Below the pieces are notes generated by a model, which ran no database searches, was not told the DNA's origin, and was given only the letters and a program-made list of their open reading frames with translations. A stretch of DNA of 64,000 bases from Octopus vulgaris. Its lineage: Eukaryota. The stretch is taken from assembly GCA_951406725.2 (NCBI GenBank), contig OX597819.1, positions 32,612,001-32,676,000 on the forward strand. Reading direction: 5' to 3'. The translations under genes and the position numbers were made by a program. This document shows positions 12,753-25,605 of this stretch, one piece after another (within the stretch, counting starts at the first letter, position 1; each line of letters begins with the position of its first letter).

Positions 12753-13211
12753 GTCTCCTTGTCTGTCTATTTATCTGTCTTTCTGTTTGTCTGTCTCTGT
12801 CTGTCTGTCTGTCTCTCTCTGTCTCTCTGTCTCTCTCTCTCTCTGTATATATGTGTGTATGTGTCTGATGTATATATATATATTTGTATGTACATGCCTT
12901 TTTATGAGTATAAATGACAGTGTATGTATTATGAATTTATGTATACGAGTGAATGTTTATATATATATATACACACACATATGTATATATGTATTTACAT
13001 ATATATATATTTGAGTAGTTGAATGAATTATCTTATTAAGGATAATTCGAAAGATAACCGATACCTGGGTAGCAAATTCACATCAGAAAGAACACGGTTG
13101 AAGCTACGTCCCTTGGGCATAGACTACGTGTCTTCGTGCGGAAATTTGTATGTTTATTTTAAAATTATAAGTATATGAAAGAATGGAGTTGAACGACTAG
13201 TTAACAAATAT

Positions 13212-13306
13212 CCTTTATTCTCGACATATGTTTCGAAGGCTGCATATTCCTAATTCCGAAGGAATAAGGAGTATATTATGCAGATTTCTCATCAGGAAAA
13301 TCAAGG
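13212..13306 (-). ncRNA. Type I hammerhead ribozyme (minus-strand copy)
   Basis: Reverse complement of the plus-strand HHR at 13374-13468; predicted cleavage between 13223 and 13222. Confidence 0.75.
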
Positions 13307-13373
13307 AACTTATGTCGACATTAAAATGCACAAAAAACATTTAGCTGACCGCTCTCATAAGTCGACATAAGTT

Positions 13374-13468
13374 CCTTGATTTTCCTGATGAGAAATCTGC
13401 ATAATGTACTCCTTATTCCTTCGGAATTAGGAATATGCAGCCTTCGAAACATATGTCGAGAATAAAGG
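13374..13468 (+). ncRNA. Type I hammerhead ribozyme with long stem II and minimal stem III
   Basis: CTGATGA 13385-13391; stem II G13392..C13445 (GAA/TTC, CTGCATA/TATGCAG); GAAAC-ATAT-GTC with cleavage after C13457; stem I CCTTGATTTTC pairs with GAGAATAAAGG (one G.U, one mismatch). Confidence 0.8.
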
Positions 13469-14446
13469 ATATTTGTTAACTAGTCGTTCAACTCCATTCT
13501 TTCATATATATATAATTTTAATATATATATATATATATATGTGTGTGGAAATCTGTGGGTATGTTTGTTTGTGGCGTTGTTATGTAACTCGTCCTACAAA
13601 GTTTTATCGATTTTAATGAAACTTAACACGTGAGTAGAACTTGTGTCTGGGAAATTAGTGGCATACTTAGATTGTTGAAAAAATTGATAATAGGGCCTCT
13701 GGAAAGGATTTTTTTATCTACTACATATAACTAATATATTGTTTTTAAACATCCAAGAGAAATAACACATTCGCTCCTGAAACGGATCCTTATATATAGC
13801 CAAGAGAAATAAACGATTCATATTCGTAAATTATTTCGTATAAATCAAATTGAGTATGCTTATTTGAGCTATTTTAGTTATTTTCGCAATTTATCCAGTA
13901 CAACGCTTAAACAAGTGAATAATATTTTCCTACACAATATATCCACTTATTTCGCTTAGTGCCTTATTCATGAATACACCAACACTAGCGCCGCTGAGGG
14001 TAATATTCTCTGCGAACGCATAAAAGCTTTTTTTCAGAGATTTTTACTTCGAATTGTTATTATCTCATATCTAATTAGCCTGATATTACGTAACATGCTT
14101 CATGATTTTAGTACACATACATTATTAGTATTTCCTCCTAAGTTTTATATTCTCTGGGAGCGTATTAAAGCCCTTTTCGGTGCTACTTTATTTGAATTCT
14201 TACTATCGGGTAATTAATTTCATGTTATTACATAACTGACTTCACAGTTTGGAAATATTGGAAATTCCTAAAAACAAGATCCCGTGTAAGACAGTGCGGT
14301 ATTCTCTGTAAATGCACAAAAACGTTTTAAAGGCTACATACTTTGTATCGTTGCTACTTGATTAGCAAAACAATTATGAGAACGGAACCAAGGGATATAT
14401 ATATATATATATATATACTCTTACATACATGAGCATATGGAGTATA

Positions 14447-14497
<51 letters not shown>

Positions 14498-14501
14498 CAT
14501 T

Positions 14502-14533
<32 letters not shown>

Positions 14534-14910
14534 TATTATGAATATATATGTGTAAATATAAATCAAGAAGGACTATCAAGAAGAAAATAGATCATTCACA
14601 ACAGGAAGTGGTATTACGTATTTAAATTAGAAGAAGGGGAGGGGGAAAGGCAGATGGAGCTACTCAGAGTTTCCCGGCTCCGGAAAAACGCGGAATAACT
14701 GTTTGTGAACGTTTCAGTTTCCTTTAAAATCGCACATACACGGGCATAAATATATACACTGGCGACGGTGATCTATGCAATTTTGGCGAATTTTCTCGTC
14801 CATGTATCTCCCATTAGCAGCTCAGAAAGCTAACCATAGCCATTCACAAAGTGAAAATTAATTCCCTCAGGTTATGATTTTTTTTTATCTACGAAGCCGA
14901 TGTAATTTTC

Positions 14911-15311
14911 GGATCTTTTCGGTTTGAACGGCAGTTTTTTTTACTAGCGGTGTCATATGAAATTGTCACCCATAATTATGACCCTAGAATCGATCTATTG
15001 CATTTCAATCTGTTTTAGGGTTAGGGTTAGTTAGGGTTAGTTAGGATTAGGGTTATGGTTAGGGGTGGGGGAAGGGTATCTTTTTTTCTTCACAAATGTA
15101 AATAAACCCAATCTGTTTCTTAAACGAGGGACATATTCATACGGCACAGAATGCTCTTTAACTAAATACACGTCACTGATTGATTGAAATTGCAGAAATT
15201 GAAGAAAAAAAACAACAAACTATAGAATTTTCTCAATAAAGGCAAGAGAAAAAGATGTTTTATAAACACATTCTACCAGTATACGAAGTTTAAAATGTTT
15301 TAATTACCTAG
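14911..15311 (+). mobile_element. Right-truncated copy of the MITE at 39519-39936
   Basis: Starts GGATCTTTTCGGTTTGAACGGCAG and aligns along the 39519 copy; contains TTAGGG-like repeats; no right TIR. Confidence 0.85.
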
Positions 15312-15761
15312 CGGCTTTCTTTCACTAGTGGAATGTTATGCACCCAATTATGCTGCCTCGAATAGCGCTGCCTGGGTCACATCAGGTACATGCCCACATA
15401 AAGTGGTGTCCCGCAAAAATCAACATGACTGCGAGAACTCAAAATAGTTAGCGGAACACCAATTTATGTATGCATCCTGTCAGACAACACCGATTGATGC
15501 AACATAATTGGATGCACAACATCCCACCCATGAAAGACAGTCGTAGGTGGGGTCGAAACGATCGTCGTATTGAATAAAGAATCATGACAAATCCATTTTC
15601 CGCTTCATTCTCCGATTAATATTATCTGAATTAACACTGCGGAATTCCTGATATAGATCCAGTGGAAATGCACCCTAACCATAGATGACACTGGATAGCC
15701 CAAACTGTAAATGTACTTAACTCAACATACTAATTGAAATATACCCATTAGTCCTCAAAAT

Positions 15762-15795
<34 letters not shown>

Positions 15796-15799
<4 letters not shown>

Positions 15800-16821
15800 T
15801 GTTGGACAAAATAATGGAAACACCTTAAAATTTCAAGCAAGGTTATTTTAATATGGGGCAGGACCATCTTTAGTAGTAATTACAGCTTGGATTCTATGAA
15901 GTATGGATTCGTACAAAGTTCTTGTAGTGGGGATGGTGGAGAATATCGACTCCTTACTTGATTTCTAAAATGCACTATAAGTGTTTAATAATATTGAGAT
16001 CTAGGGACTATGGTGGCCAGATAAGATGTTCAACTTCACTAGAATGTTCCTCGTGCCAGTCAGTAACAACTTTAGCTGTGTGAATTGCTGCATTATCATC
16101 CTGAAAGATTGCGCTTCCCTTCGGAAACAGTTTCGTAAACATAAGATGAATTTGATCAGATAAAATGCTTAAATAGTCTTGACTATTAATTCTGTCATGA
16201 AGGGAAACCAAACGAGCCTGCGGATTTCCGAGATATAGACTCCCAGATCATCACAGAACCTCCTCCATGTTTAACAGTTGAAAGAAGGCAGTCTTGGTCA
16301 AATGCTTCTTTTGGCAGTCTCCAGATGTATATTCGAACGGTGGGAGGAAATAAGGTAAATGATGACTCGTCCGAGAAAACGACATTCTTCCACTGCTCTA
16401 GGGACCAATTCTGTAGGTTTTTACTCCACTTTAAACGCGTTGCAACGTTTGTTTTTGAAACTAGTGGTTTTCTGATTGCAGCCCTCCCGTGAAATCCGGT
16501 TTGGTGCAGCTCCCGGAGAATAGTTTTTGTGGAAACTGAGTTCTCGAGGTGGTCATTAAGCCCTGCAGTAATTTTGGGAGCTGCACTTTTCTGATCCTTT
16601 CTAAGAACTCGCGTAAGTGTCCGACTGTCTCTATCTGAAACTTGATTTTCTTCCGGAGTTTTTTTTCGACGAGGAGGTTTTCCCTCTTTTTCAAAGGCTG
16701 TCATTACTTTCGAGGCATTACTTTTTGATACACCAAACATTTCGGCTGTTTTTGTTACGATAGCGCCTACAATAGGAGCAAAAACAATTTGACCTCTTTA
16801 AAAGTCCGATAGATCTGTCAT
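15796..16821 (-). pseudogene. Tc1-family transposon, decayed transposase, one TIR
   Basis: Motifs VVFSDES, TVKHGGGSVMIW, IFQDDNAAIH and WPP*SLDLNII; start MTDLSDF*RGQIV at 16821; TA|CAGATGTTGGACAAAATAATGGAAACACC terminus at 15796; the opposite TIR was not found. Confidence 0.92.
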
Positions 16822-16973
16822 TTTAATGAATTTTAATTACCTTTTTCTGATATATGAAAAGAAACAGCAATTTTAGAAAACCATATTAAGCAACACTAAT
16901 AATAAAACAAAAATCGTAAACATAAACAAGCTGTTGACGGTTTTATAGATATTTCAAAATTATGATGCTATAA

Positions 16974-17035
<62 letters not shown>

Positions 17036-17160
17036 TTTATTTAAAAGCACCAGAAATATAACAAAAACTGTTACTAATAGTTTCACTAATTTCAAAAACA
17101 AAACTGTCCGACGAACTCTGAGTAACAGCTTTTGTTATGTTTCTGCTGCTTTTATATAAA
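17036..17160. repeat. 40-bp inverted repeat with 45-bp spacer
   Basis: 17036-17075 pairs with 17121-17160 at 36 of 40 positions. Confidence 0.85.
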
Positions 17161-17232
17161 GCATATTACTCTACCTCTGGTATTTGAGTACTCTTTTTTC
17201 CACCTTGTTTCACATTTATGTGTTCACTCCGG

Positions 17233-17269
<37 letters not shown>

Positions 17270-17299
17270 AGATTAGCACGTATACGAGTGGGTATATAT

Positions 17300-17510
17300 T
17301 TGTAAAAAATGAAGTTTGAAAATGCTGCTATATTAGACAAATTTTAATTTTTATATATACATTATTTATTTAACATGTTTCGGTTCTTGAAATGACGAAC
17401 CTTATCAAAAAAAATTTATATATAAAAAAGATAGTTCATGCTATCAAATATAAAAAATTCATATATAATATTCAATAGAGTCAGACATAAATTCATATAT
17501 AGTAAAGCGA
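17300..17510 (-). mobile_element. Solo 3'-end fragment homologous to 24695-24897, with a variant HHR
   Basis: TTGTAAAAAATGAAGTT.GAAAATGCTGCT...AACATGTTTC.GTTC...GAACCTTATCAAAAAAA...GAGTCAGACAT is shared with the PLE distal end. Confidence 0.8.
17365..17414 (-). ncRNA. Minimal hammerhead-like motif, U3-A8 variant
   Basis: Minus strand UUGAUAA-GGUUC-loop-GAACC-GAAACAUGUU; stem I is weak and A-U only. Confidence 0.45.
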
Positions 17511-18348
17511 GTCAATGCTATATGTTTATATATATATATATATATATATATTTATTCACACACATATATATATGTCTGTATATATATGTATATATACAGA
17601 GAGAGAGAGAGAGTGAGAGAGAGAGAGAAAGAGGGAGAGAGAGGGGGTGAGATTTATATATGTATGGATATATATATATATATGTGTGTGTATATACACA
17701 TATATATAGATATCGATATAGATGTGTATATACATACACACAGACACACACACAGACACACACACATATTTATATACAATAGATAAAGAGATAGATAGAA
17801 ATAGATAGATAGATAGATAAATTGAGAGAGAGAGAGAGAGAGAGATTCGCATCCCTTCACCTCATAAAATTTATGTCGCTGACGAATTGTCTACAGCTGT
17901 GAAGTAATGTCTGAAACGTGTGTAAATCTCTATGTCTATTCAATCTATACTTGGTGTCACTGTGTAGATAGCTCCAAGTGATGTTTGTCTATATGATATC
18001 CGTTCAATGTCTCTTAAGTTTTACTGTTGTTAAGCAAAAGGCAAACGAATTGATAACACAACTCTTCACTTTTCTTGCTAGATAATATTTGAAAAAGAAA
18101 AAAGAAAAGAAAAGAAAAAGAATACGGAAAATTATACTCTGATGAATTGAACTCTATCTTTCTTCATTTTTTTTATCTCTTAAATTTTTAATCTGAATCC
18201 CACGTCTCTCTCTTCCTTTCTCTCTGTCTCTCTCTTTTTCATTGTCTCTCTTTCTCACTAACTGCATCTGAAATTATATTGCTGCCTCTGTCCTTTCTCT
18301 ATCTCTATCTCTTCCTCCTAAGCTTTATCTTTCTGGTTCTATATGCGC

Positions 18349-18393
<45 letters not shown>

Positions 18394-19174
18394 CCACTAG
18401 TCGCCATGATATATCGTTAGCCATTACACACATTTTTTTCTCTCTTGGTTTTTTCTGTGTCCCTTTCTGTAGAAGAGCGTAGGCTCGAAACGTAAAAGCC
18501 TTTTTTTTATTCCTGAGCGTTATACTAATAAATCTGTTTGTTTTGTACACCACCTGCTTTCGTCTTTTGTAAACTCTCCCTATATATATATATATATATA
18601 TATACACGCACAAACGACAATTCCCCAGCATAGCCGCAGCCCTTGGGCTGAAATTAAAAGGAGTATATATAGGTCATCAGTAAGTGACAAATCCGAAAGA
18701 GAAGCACACTAAGTTATAGAGCTGTAGTGTATATAGAGAAGGATAATTATAGCCGGTTCATGGGGTTGCCCAGGATTTCGTATCTATGAAGCGCTTAGCT
18801 TTACATACGTCTAGTCAAACTCTGATGGACAATGATCCCGGACGTGAAACTCTGGATAATCCGACGAAGCGGGCATCTCTCTCTCTCTTTCTTTCTCTGT
18901 AGATATATATATCTATATCCGTCTATCCATCCGCTTATCTTCTCACCCAACATACCGTCCACCCTCCCATTCAACCATTCACCCACCCGGCCGCCCATTC
19001 GTCCATTCATCCACCCACCAAAACACTCAGCTACTCACCCTTCCCTTCCTCCATACATTCATCCATCTATCCCTCTACTCTTCCAAACATTATGCTTTCC
19101 CAGTCTACCACCCATCCGTCCATCCATAAACATAGACACATACATAATATATATACATACACACACGCACATGC

Positions 19175-19340
19175 ATGGCGGGCTTCTTTCAATTTCCGTT
19201 TACCAAATCCACTCAGACAAGGCTTTGGTCGGCCCGCGTCTCTATTAGAAAACACTTACCCAAGATGCCACGCAGTGGGACCGAACCTCGAACCATGTGG
19301 TTGGTAAGCAAGTAATTTACCACACAGTCACTCCTGCGCC
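19175..19340 (-). mobile_element. SINE family B, head half
   Basis: CGGGCTTCTTTCAATTTCCG...CACACAGTCACTCCTGCGCC. Confidence 0.85.
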
Positions 19341-19554
19341 TATCATCTATATATATATTAATATACACATAATCGTACATCCCAGTCATACACAGAATCA
19401 TCCACCCGGGCATCAATACATATTTCTACACTCACCCAATCCATCCAACCATTCAGCCACGCAGCCATACACCCAGCCAATCCACCATTCCTTCAAACCA
19501 TCCATCTAACTGGATAATTAAGACAATTACATAATTGAACCAAACAAATTCTTT

Positions 19555-19751
19555 ACTTACTTATTTCAGTCATTTGACTGCGACCATGCTGGAGCACCGC
19601 TTTTAGTCGAATCAAATCGACCCTAGGACTTATTCTTTGTAAGCCTAGTACTTATTCAATAGGCCGCTTTTGCCGAACCGCCAAGTTACGGGGACCTAAA
19701 CACACCAGCATCGATTGTCAAGCGATGTTGGGGGGAAAAACACAGATACAC

Positions 19752-19823
<72 letters not shown>

Positions 19824-20003
19824 CATATATACATATATGCGACGGGTTTCTTTCAGTTTCCGTCTAGCGAATCCACTCACAAGGATTTGGTCAGCCCGAG
19901 GCTATGGTAGAAGACACTTGCCCAAGGTGTCACGCTGTGGGACTGAACCCGAAACCATGTGGTTGATAAGCAATTTACCTACCACACAGCCATTCCTGCG
20001 CCT
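19555..20003 (-). mobile_element. SINE family B, full, with internal (CA)n(TA)n
   Basis: TTTCAGTCATTTGACTGCG tail through CACACAGCCATTCCTGCGCC head. Confidence 0.9.
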
Positions 20004-20389
20004 ATATGTAAATAATATCAATGACATCTACTGTAAGTTCGTGAAACCATGAATACAATGACTAAATCTGGAAGAGAGAGGTAGAAGAGAATTATGTCGA
20101 ATGCGTGTGACACCCAAATATATGTTTCAGTCTTATTATATCTTCTCAGCGAATTATATGTCTTATCGTTAGGAGTCTATTTCCTAACAGTGTAAATTTA
20201 ATAAATGAATCTATTTCAGTTCATTTCATTAAATATCCAAATACAATTCGTTTACTGTACAATAGACATCATTTCTAATATTTAGAAAAATGGTGTGAAT
20301 AATGAAGGGGTGTGAGAAACGGATAAATTCATGTGGTAGGCGGATATGTTCAATAACTAAGATAGACGTAAGTCATCTCTCTCGCTCAA

Positions 20390-20427
<38 letters not shown>

Positions 20428-20434
20428 ACTCTCA

Positions 20435-20464
<30 letters not shown>

Positions 20465-20465
<1 letters not shown>

Positions 20466-20756
20466 GGAAGCACAATGGCCCAGTGGTTAGGGGCAGCGGA
20501 CTCGCGGTTCCGATTCCCAGACCGGGCATTGTGAGTGTTTATTGAGCGAAAACACCTAAAGTTCCACGGGCTCCGTAGGAGGTGGTGGTGATCCCTGCTG
20601 TACTCTTTCACCACAAGTTTCTCTCACTCTTTCTTCTGTTGGCCTGGTCGCTTAGCCAGCGGGGTGGCGTCATTTGGAGGCTAAAACAATGCGAAGCGCA
20701 TTGTGACCAGCGATGTGTAGCAACATCTGATAGCCTGGTCGGTCACGGTGATCACG

Positions 20757-20760
<4 letters not shown>
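20465..20760 (+). mobile_element. SINE with family C head and an alternative 3' tail
   Basis: CAATGGCCCAGTGGTTAGG head; tail TGTTGGCCTGGTCGCTTAGCC...GGTCACGGTGAT is also present reversed at 30188-30445. Confidence 0.85.
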
Positions 20761-20812
<52 letters not shown>

Positions 20813-20856
20813 CATACATATCCATATATCTATCTACGTATTAAACTGTTTAGCTG

Positions 20857-20941
<85 letters not shown>

Positions 20942-21038
20942 ATCAGTTTGTTTTTCTACCAGTATGTCTGCTTGTGCCTCTGGCCGAAAATCTGAAAGAT
21001 TTGTGTACTTTTACAGATTTGAGATGTTATTTTTGTAT

Positions 21039-21115
<77 letters not shown>

Positions 21116-21122
21116 TGTGTTT

Positions 21123-21210
<88 letters not shown>

Positions 21211-21759
21211 CAATCAATTCGAAGTTTGCTTGGTATTAACTTCGTCAGATCGTATACTTCTTTCGTTACTGCAATCATATATTTTCGGTTCATCTTGTGG
21301 AAGCAGTTTAGTGGTTGTATTGTTTTAAGTGTGCATTTCTGAGACATATACAAAAGCCTTTTTATAGTTTGTTTGAGTGGACGATCGGAACTATGTATAT
21401 CTATAGAAAAAAATAGCAGCTTAGATATATTATATTAATACATAATAATTTCATTATACTTTATATTTCTGCTCATCCAATCAAAATCCCTCAAAAATGT
21501 CTTAAATATGACTCAAAATACACGGTGAAACCGCACCTAAAGTAGCAACATGACCCCACCCAACTCACAAATTATATATATAAAAAGGAGTCAAAACCCC
21601 AGTATTTAAAAGCTGACGAATCTATCAACTGATTGTTTGAAAGTTAATGTCAAAATTTTTACCTTTTAGATATAAATGTGATTCTCTACATAAATATATT
21701 CAGTGCTGATTATTCAATTGATATTTGAGTAATTTTTTTATAAAGCTGTATGAAAACAG

Positions 21760-21960
21760 TCATTAAACTGCAGCCGTGCTGGGGCACCGCATAGAAAAGT
21801 TTACAGTCGAATCGACCCCGAAATTTTTTAAGCATTGAACTTAGTCTATTGATCTCTTTTGCAGAAACGCATAAAGAGGCGTAAATAAACAGACCAACAC
21901 CGGTTGTCAAGCGGTGGTGAGGGGCAAACATAGATACAAAGACACCCCTCACACACACGA
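21760..21960 (-). mobile_element. SINE family B tail fragment, diverged
   Basis: CAGTCATTAAACTGCAGCCGTGCTGG...CCAACACCGGTTGTCAAGCG. Confidence 0.7.
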
Positions 21961-22144
21961 ACATTTATTGTGATTTTAGGGTCAAGCTTTGGTTGCTATT
22001 TCAAGTGTGGCGGTATCTCTTAGATACACTAAATTATAATTTTGATAATAATTATTATTTTTGAAGGTTTATATTCCCTTGATAAGATCGATATTTAAAT
22101 AACGATCTTATCCTTATTTATATAAATCTTACCAAGGGAATCTG

Positions 22145-22224
<80 letters not shown>

Positions 22225-22258
22225 ACTATCTATCTATCTATCTGTCTGTCTGTCTGTA

Positions 22259-22312
<54 letters not shown>

Positions 22313-22355
22313 ACTATCTAACTATTTCTCTCTCTCTCTCTCTCTCTCTCTCCCT

Positions 22356-22418
<63 letters not shown>

Positions 22419-22906
22419 AATCAAGTAAATTAACAATAAATTTATCAATAATAAACAACAAGAGGACGTCTACAAGGAATGTATTCGTCTGACGCTCAGT
22501 GAAAAGTGAGCAAAGTCATAAATGACAGAGGCATAGTTTAATGAAATTTTATTTGGCAGTAGGAAAATTCTAATATCACGACAACATGTGAAAAATTTAT
22601 ATCGTTATGTTTAATGATAAATTATATTTATGACTTAACACACGCCTTCTAATTTTCTCTTGTATCTGGTGTCGTACCATGTAGTCTAGGTTTTGGAGGA
22701 TGATACATTGAGGAGTTGTATTTATGAGTACTATCGGATTACTTGAATTCATATATTGTGATTTAAGTTTAGATAGGCAGATACATAGATATTTAGAAGA
22801 TAGATAGATAATACATAGATAGAGATAGACAGAGACCGATAAATAGACAGGTAGATAGATAGAGATAAGATGATAGAGAGATAGATAGACAGAGATAGAT
22901 AGATAA

Positions 22907-22980
<74 letters not shown>

Positions 22981-23336
22981 GGATAGAGATAAGATGAGAG
23001 ATAGATAGATAGATAGATATGTTTATTAGCCACACAGTGTTGCACACAGACAGGAGAGATTACAAAGTAGAGCTTTTCTTTTTTGGGGAAAACAAAAGGT
23101 GGGGTAGGTTTTCGATTAAAAGGGATCGTAAAAGGGAAAGAAGAGAAAAAAAAACAGAACAAAAAAGGAAAAGAAAGAAAAAGAAAAGAAAAAAACGATC
23201 AATAGGTATCGCAGTGTTATGATGTAAGGTGTAAAGGGGGAAGCAGATAAGGTTTATCCGTGGGAAGAAAAGCCTACGGAAAAGACCACGGTAACCTCGG
23301 TCAATATTGTTACATGTTACCACAGGGGATAGATAA

Positions 23337-23369
<33 letters not shown>

Positions 23370-23714
23370 GACTGATCAAAGAAGAAAAGGATCCTATCAC
23401 CTTTAAATGGAGTCTGGTCAAATTTCTTCAAGGGATAGTAGATAAGCCACCTAAACCTGGATACGACTCAGTCAACAAGAAATCCCTACTTGAATGGACC
23501 ATGACACCACAAAACTTGAATTAAAAAGGATTTAGATAAACCTATCAGGTGGTGCAATTAAGTTAGACATGACCTGGACCAATCTTTGGTCGAAACATAT
23601 CTAAGTTTATATATATATATGTATATATATATTAAAGTATTTAATAATTTTATTGTGTTTTGTTTTCACTTATGTATATTTAGTATTCTCATATATATAT
23701 ATATATATATGTAT

Positions 23715-23776
<62 letters not shown>

Positions 23777-23822
23777 GTATATTTATTAATTAATTGTTTT
23801 ATTGTTCTAGTTTATTTTTAAC

Positions 23823-23901
23823 CTGATGAGTGACTATATTTATATCGAAGTGATTTCTACTACTATAATCATTTCCTAAATATAGCCACGAAACACGTGT
23901 C
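23823..23901 (+). ncRNA. Hammerhead ribozyme core with 60-nt stem II and weak stem I
   Basis: CTGATGA 23823-23829; GTGACTATATTTA/TAAATATAGCCAC (12 of 13 pairs) plus inner GAAGTGATT/AATCATTTC; GAAAC-ACGT-GTC ending at 23901; stem I is only 3 bp after a C.U mismatch. Confidence 0.6.
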
Positions 23902-24060
23902 TTTATTTTACAAATTATATACGTTTTTATTATTATTTTTTTGCAATTTATTTAATCATTGACACTTTATTATTTTAATTTTAATATTTCCGTTATGTGT
24001 AATTTTCTAGATGGTGTAATTTAATTGTTCATTTTGAATTGATAAAATGTGTTTTTTTTC

Positions 24061-24148
<88 letters not shown>

Positions 24149-24639
24149 TGTATGCATATATATAAATACATATACATAAATATATATATATATAAAATGA
24201 AGAAGCAAATGGTATAGTTACCCACATTATCCTGCACAACTAATCAGCGCTCTAATAGATCTTGAGGAATATAAAATTAAGAAAGAGAGAAACAAATTTC
24301 AAAGGTCAGTATTCATATTCATTCAGTCCATTTCAAATTGTCCGAATTCTCCACAATATACATAGATACATTCATATATATATGATATGGTAAAAATACA
24401 TAAGAATTTATAGATATATAAATATACGAGGATTTATTAATATATAAAAATTCATAAACATGTAAAAAAATTATAAATATATAAAAATTTATAAACATAT
24501 AAATCTAAATACATAGATTTACTTGCGTGGTTGAATGTCCGTATTAGAATTAATGAGAAGGCTAGATGAGAAAGTTAGTATAAAATGATTTAAGAGGAAT
24601 CTTCAATAAGTGCTTGGTCTGACGTGTGTGTGTGTATAT

Positions 24640-24698
<59 letters not shown>

Positions 24699-24754
24699 AA
24701 AAAATGAAGTTCGAAAATGCTGCTGTATTATACAATTTTTAATTTTTATATATA

Positions 24755-24800
24755 CATTATAACATGTTTCAGTTCCTGAAATGAACCTTATCAAAAAAAG
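24755..24800 (-). ncRNA. Minimal hammerhead-like motif, U3-A8 variant, at the PLE 3' end
   Basis: Minus strand UUGAUAA-GGUUC-AUUUCAG-GAACU-GAAACAUGUU; G10.1.U11.1 wobble; poor stem I. Confidence 0.4.
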
Positions 24801-25169
24801 TTATATATAAAAAAAGACAGCTCATGCCGTCAAACACAAGAAATTCATTTATAATACACAACGGAGTCAGACATCTTAGAGTTCATGTATAGTTGATATA
24901 TAGTTCATGTATAGTTGATATATAGTTTGAAGTATATGTTCAAAGTGTTCGATGCAGTGGCCCACGGTGGCGATACGTATTCAATACAAAAAACAGATCA
25001 AAGTGGTGGAAAGCGGTCAATACAGAAGATTGATGTTTCCGAAAGAGCGAGGAATTCATTTTTACTTTAAGCAATTGTGATGACCCATGGTGGAAGTTCG
25101 CTGGGTGGTTCTAGTGAGTTTTTGTGAAATGCTCGGTTTTATAATGCCTGTTAGGTGGTCAATCTAGCG

Positions 25170-25605
25170 TAGCGTGACGTCATCAATGTTTTGACCAATC
25201 GTTTCGTTAGGTGGCTTTAATCAAGTAGAACAGGACGTCATCATTATTTTGACCAATCGCTGCATTATAACTCCCTCTTGTTTGTTTCCTGTTTTGACCA
25301 GTCGCTTCGTTAGTCAAGTAGAACGGGACGTCATCATTATTTTGACCAATCGCTGCATTATATCTGCCTCTTGTTTGTTTCCTGTTTTGACCAGTCGCTT
25401 CGTTAGTCAAGCAGAGCGGGACGTCATCCAGATTCTGCCCAATCACGACTTATAGCTACATTAGATCTGCCCCCTGTCTGTACTTGTTAGGTGACTATTC
25501 AAGCAGAAAAGGACGTCATCAATATTCTGATTAATGACTGTCCCCTGTTTGTATCCTGTCCATTCTAGCAGAGCTAGACGTCATCAACTTGTTGACCAAT
25601 CAGAA
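25170..25605 (+). promoter_or_regulatory. Array of six GACGTCA-N12-CCAAT composite motifs in ~93-bp tandem repeats
   Basis: GACGTCA at 25176, 25234, 25327, 25420, 25512 and 25577, each followed after exactly 12 nt by CCAAT (TTAAT in the fifth). Regulatory function is inferred. Confidence 0.5.

Larger units (their letters stand above)
13011..13521. mobile_element. Non-coding foldback element with 161-bp inverted arms carrying hammerhead ribozymes, flanked by (AT)n
   Basis: 13159-13319 is the reverse complement of 13361-13521 with 3 mismatches; 41-bp spacer; (AT)n on both sides. Confidence 0.85.

Noticed and set aside
13530-14390. Possible Helitron-like 5' portion
   Set aside because: No 3' hairpin-CTAG end was found and there is no second copy in the window.
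15015-15065. TTAGGG repeats as a true telomere or fusion site
   Set aside because: Short, degenerate and inside a MITE that is present twice.
23565-23605. GACCAA-TCT-TTGGTC-GAAACATATC hairpin
   Set aside because: The CUGANGA strand is missing (CCTG only); inactive relic at best.
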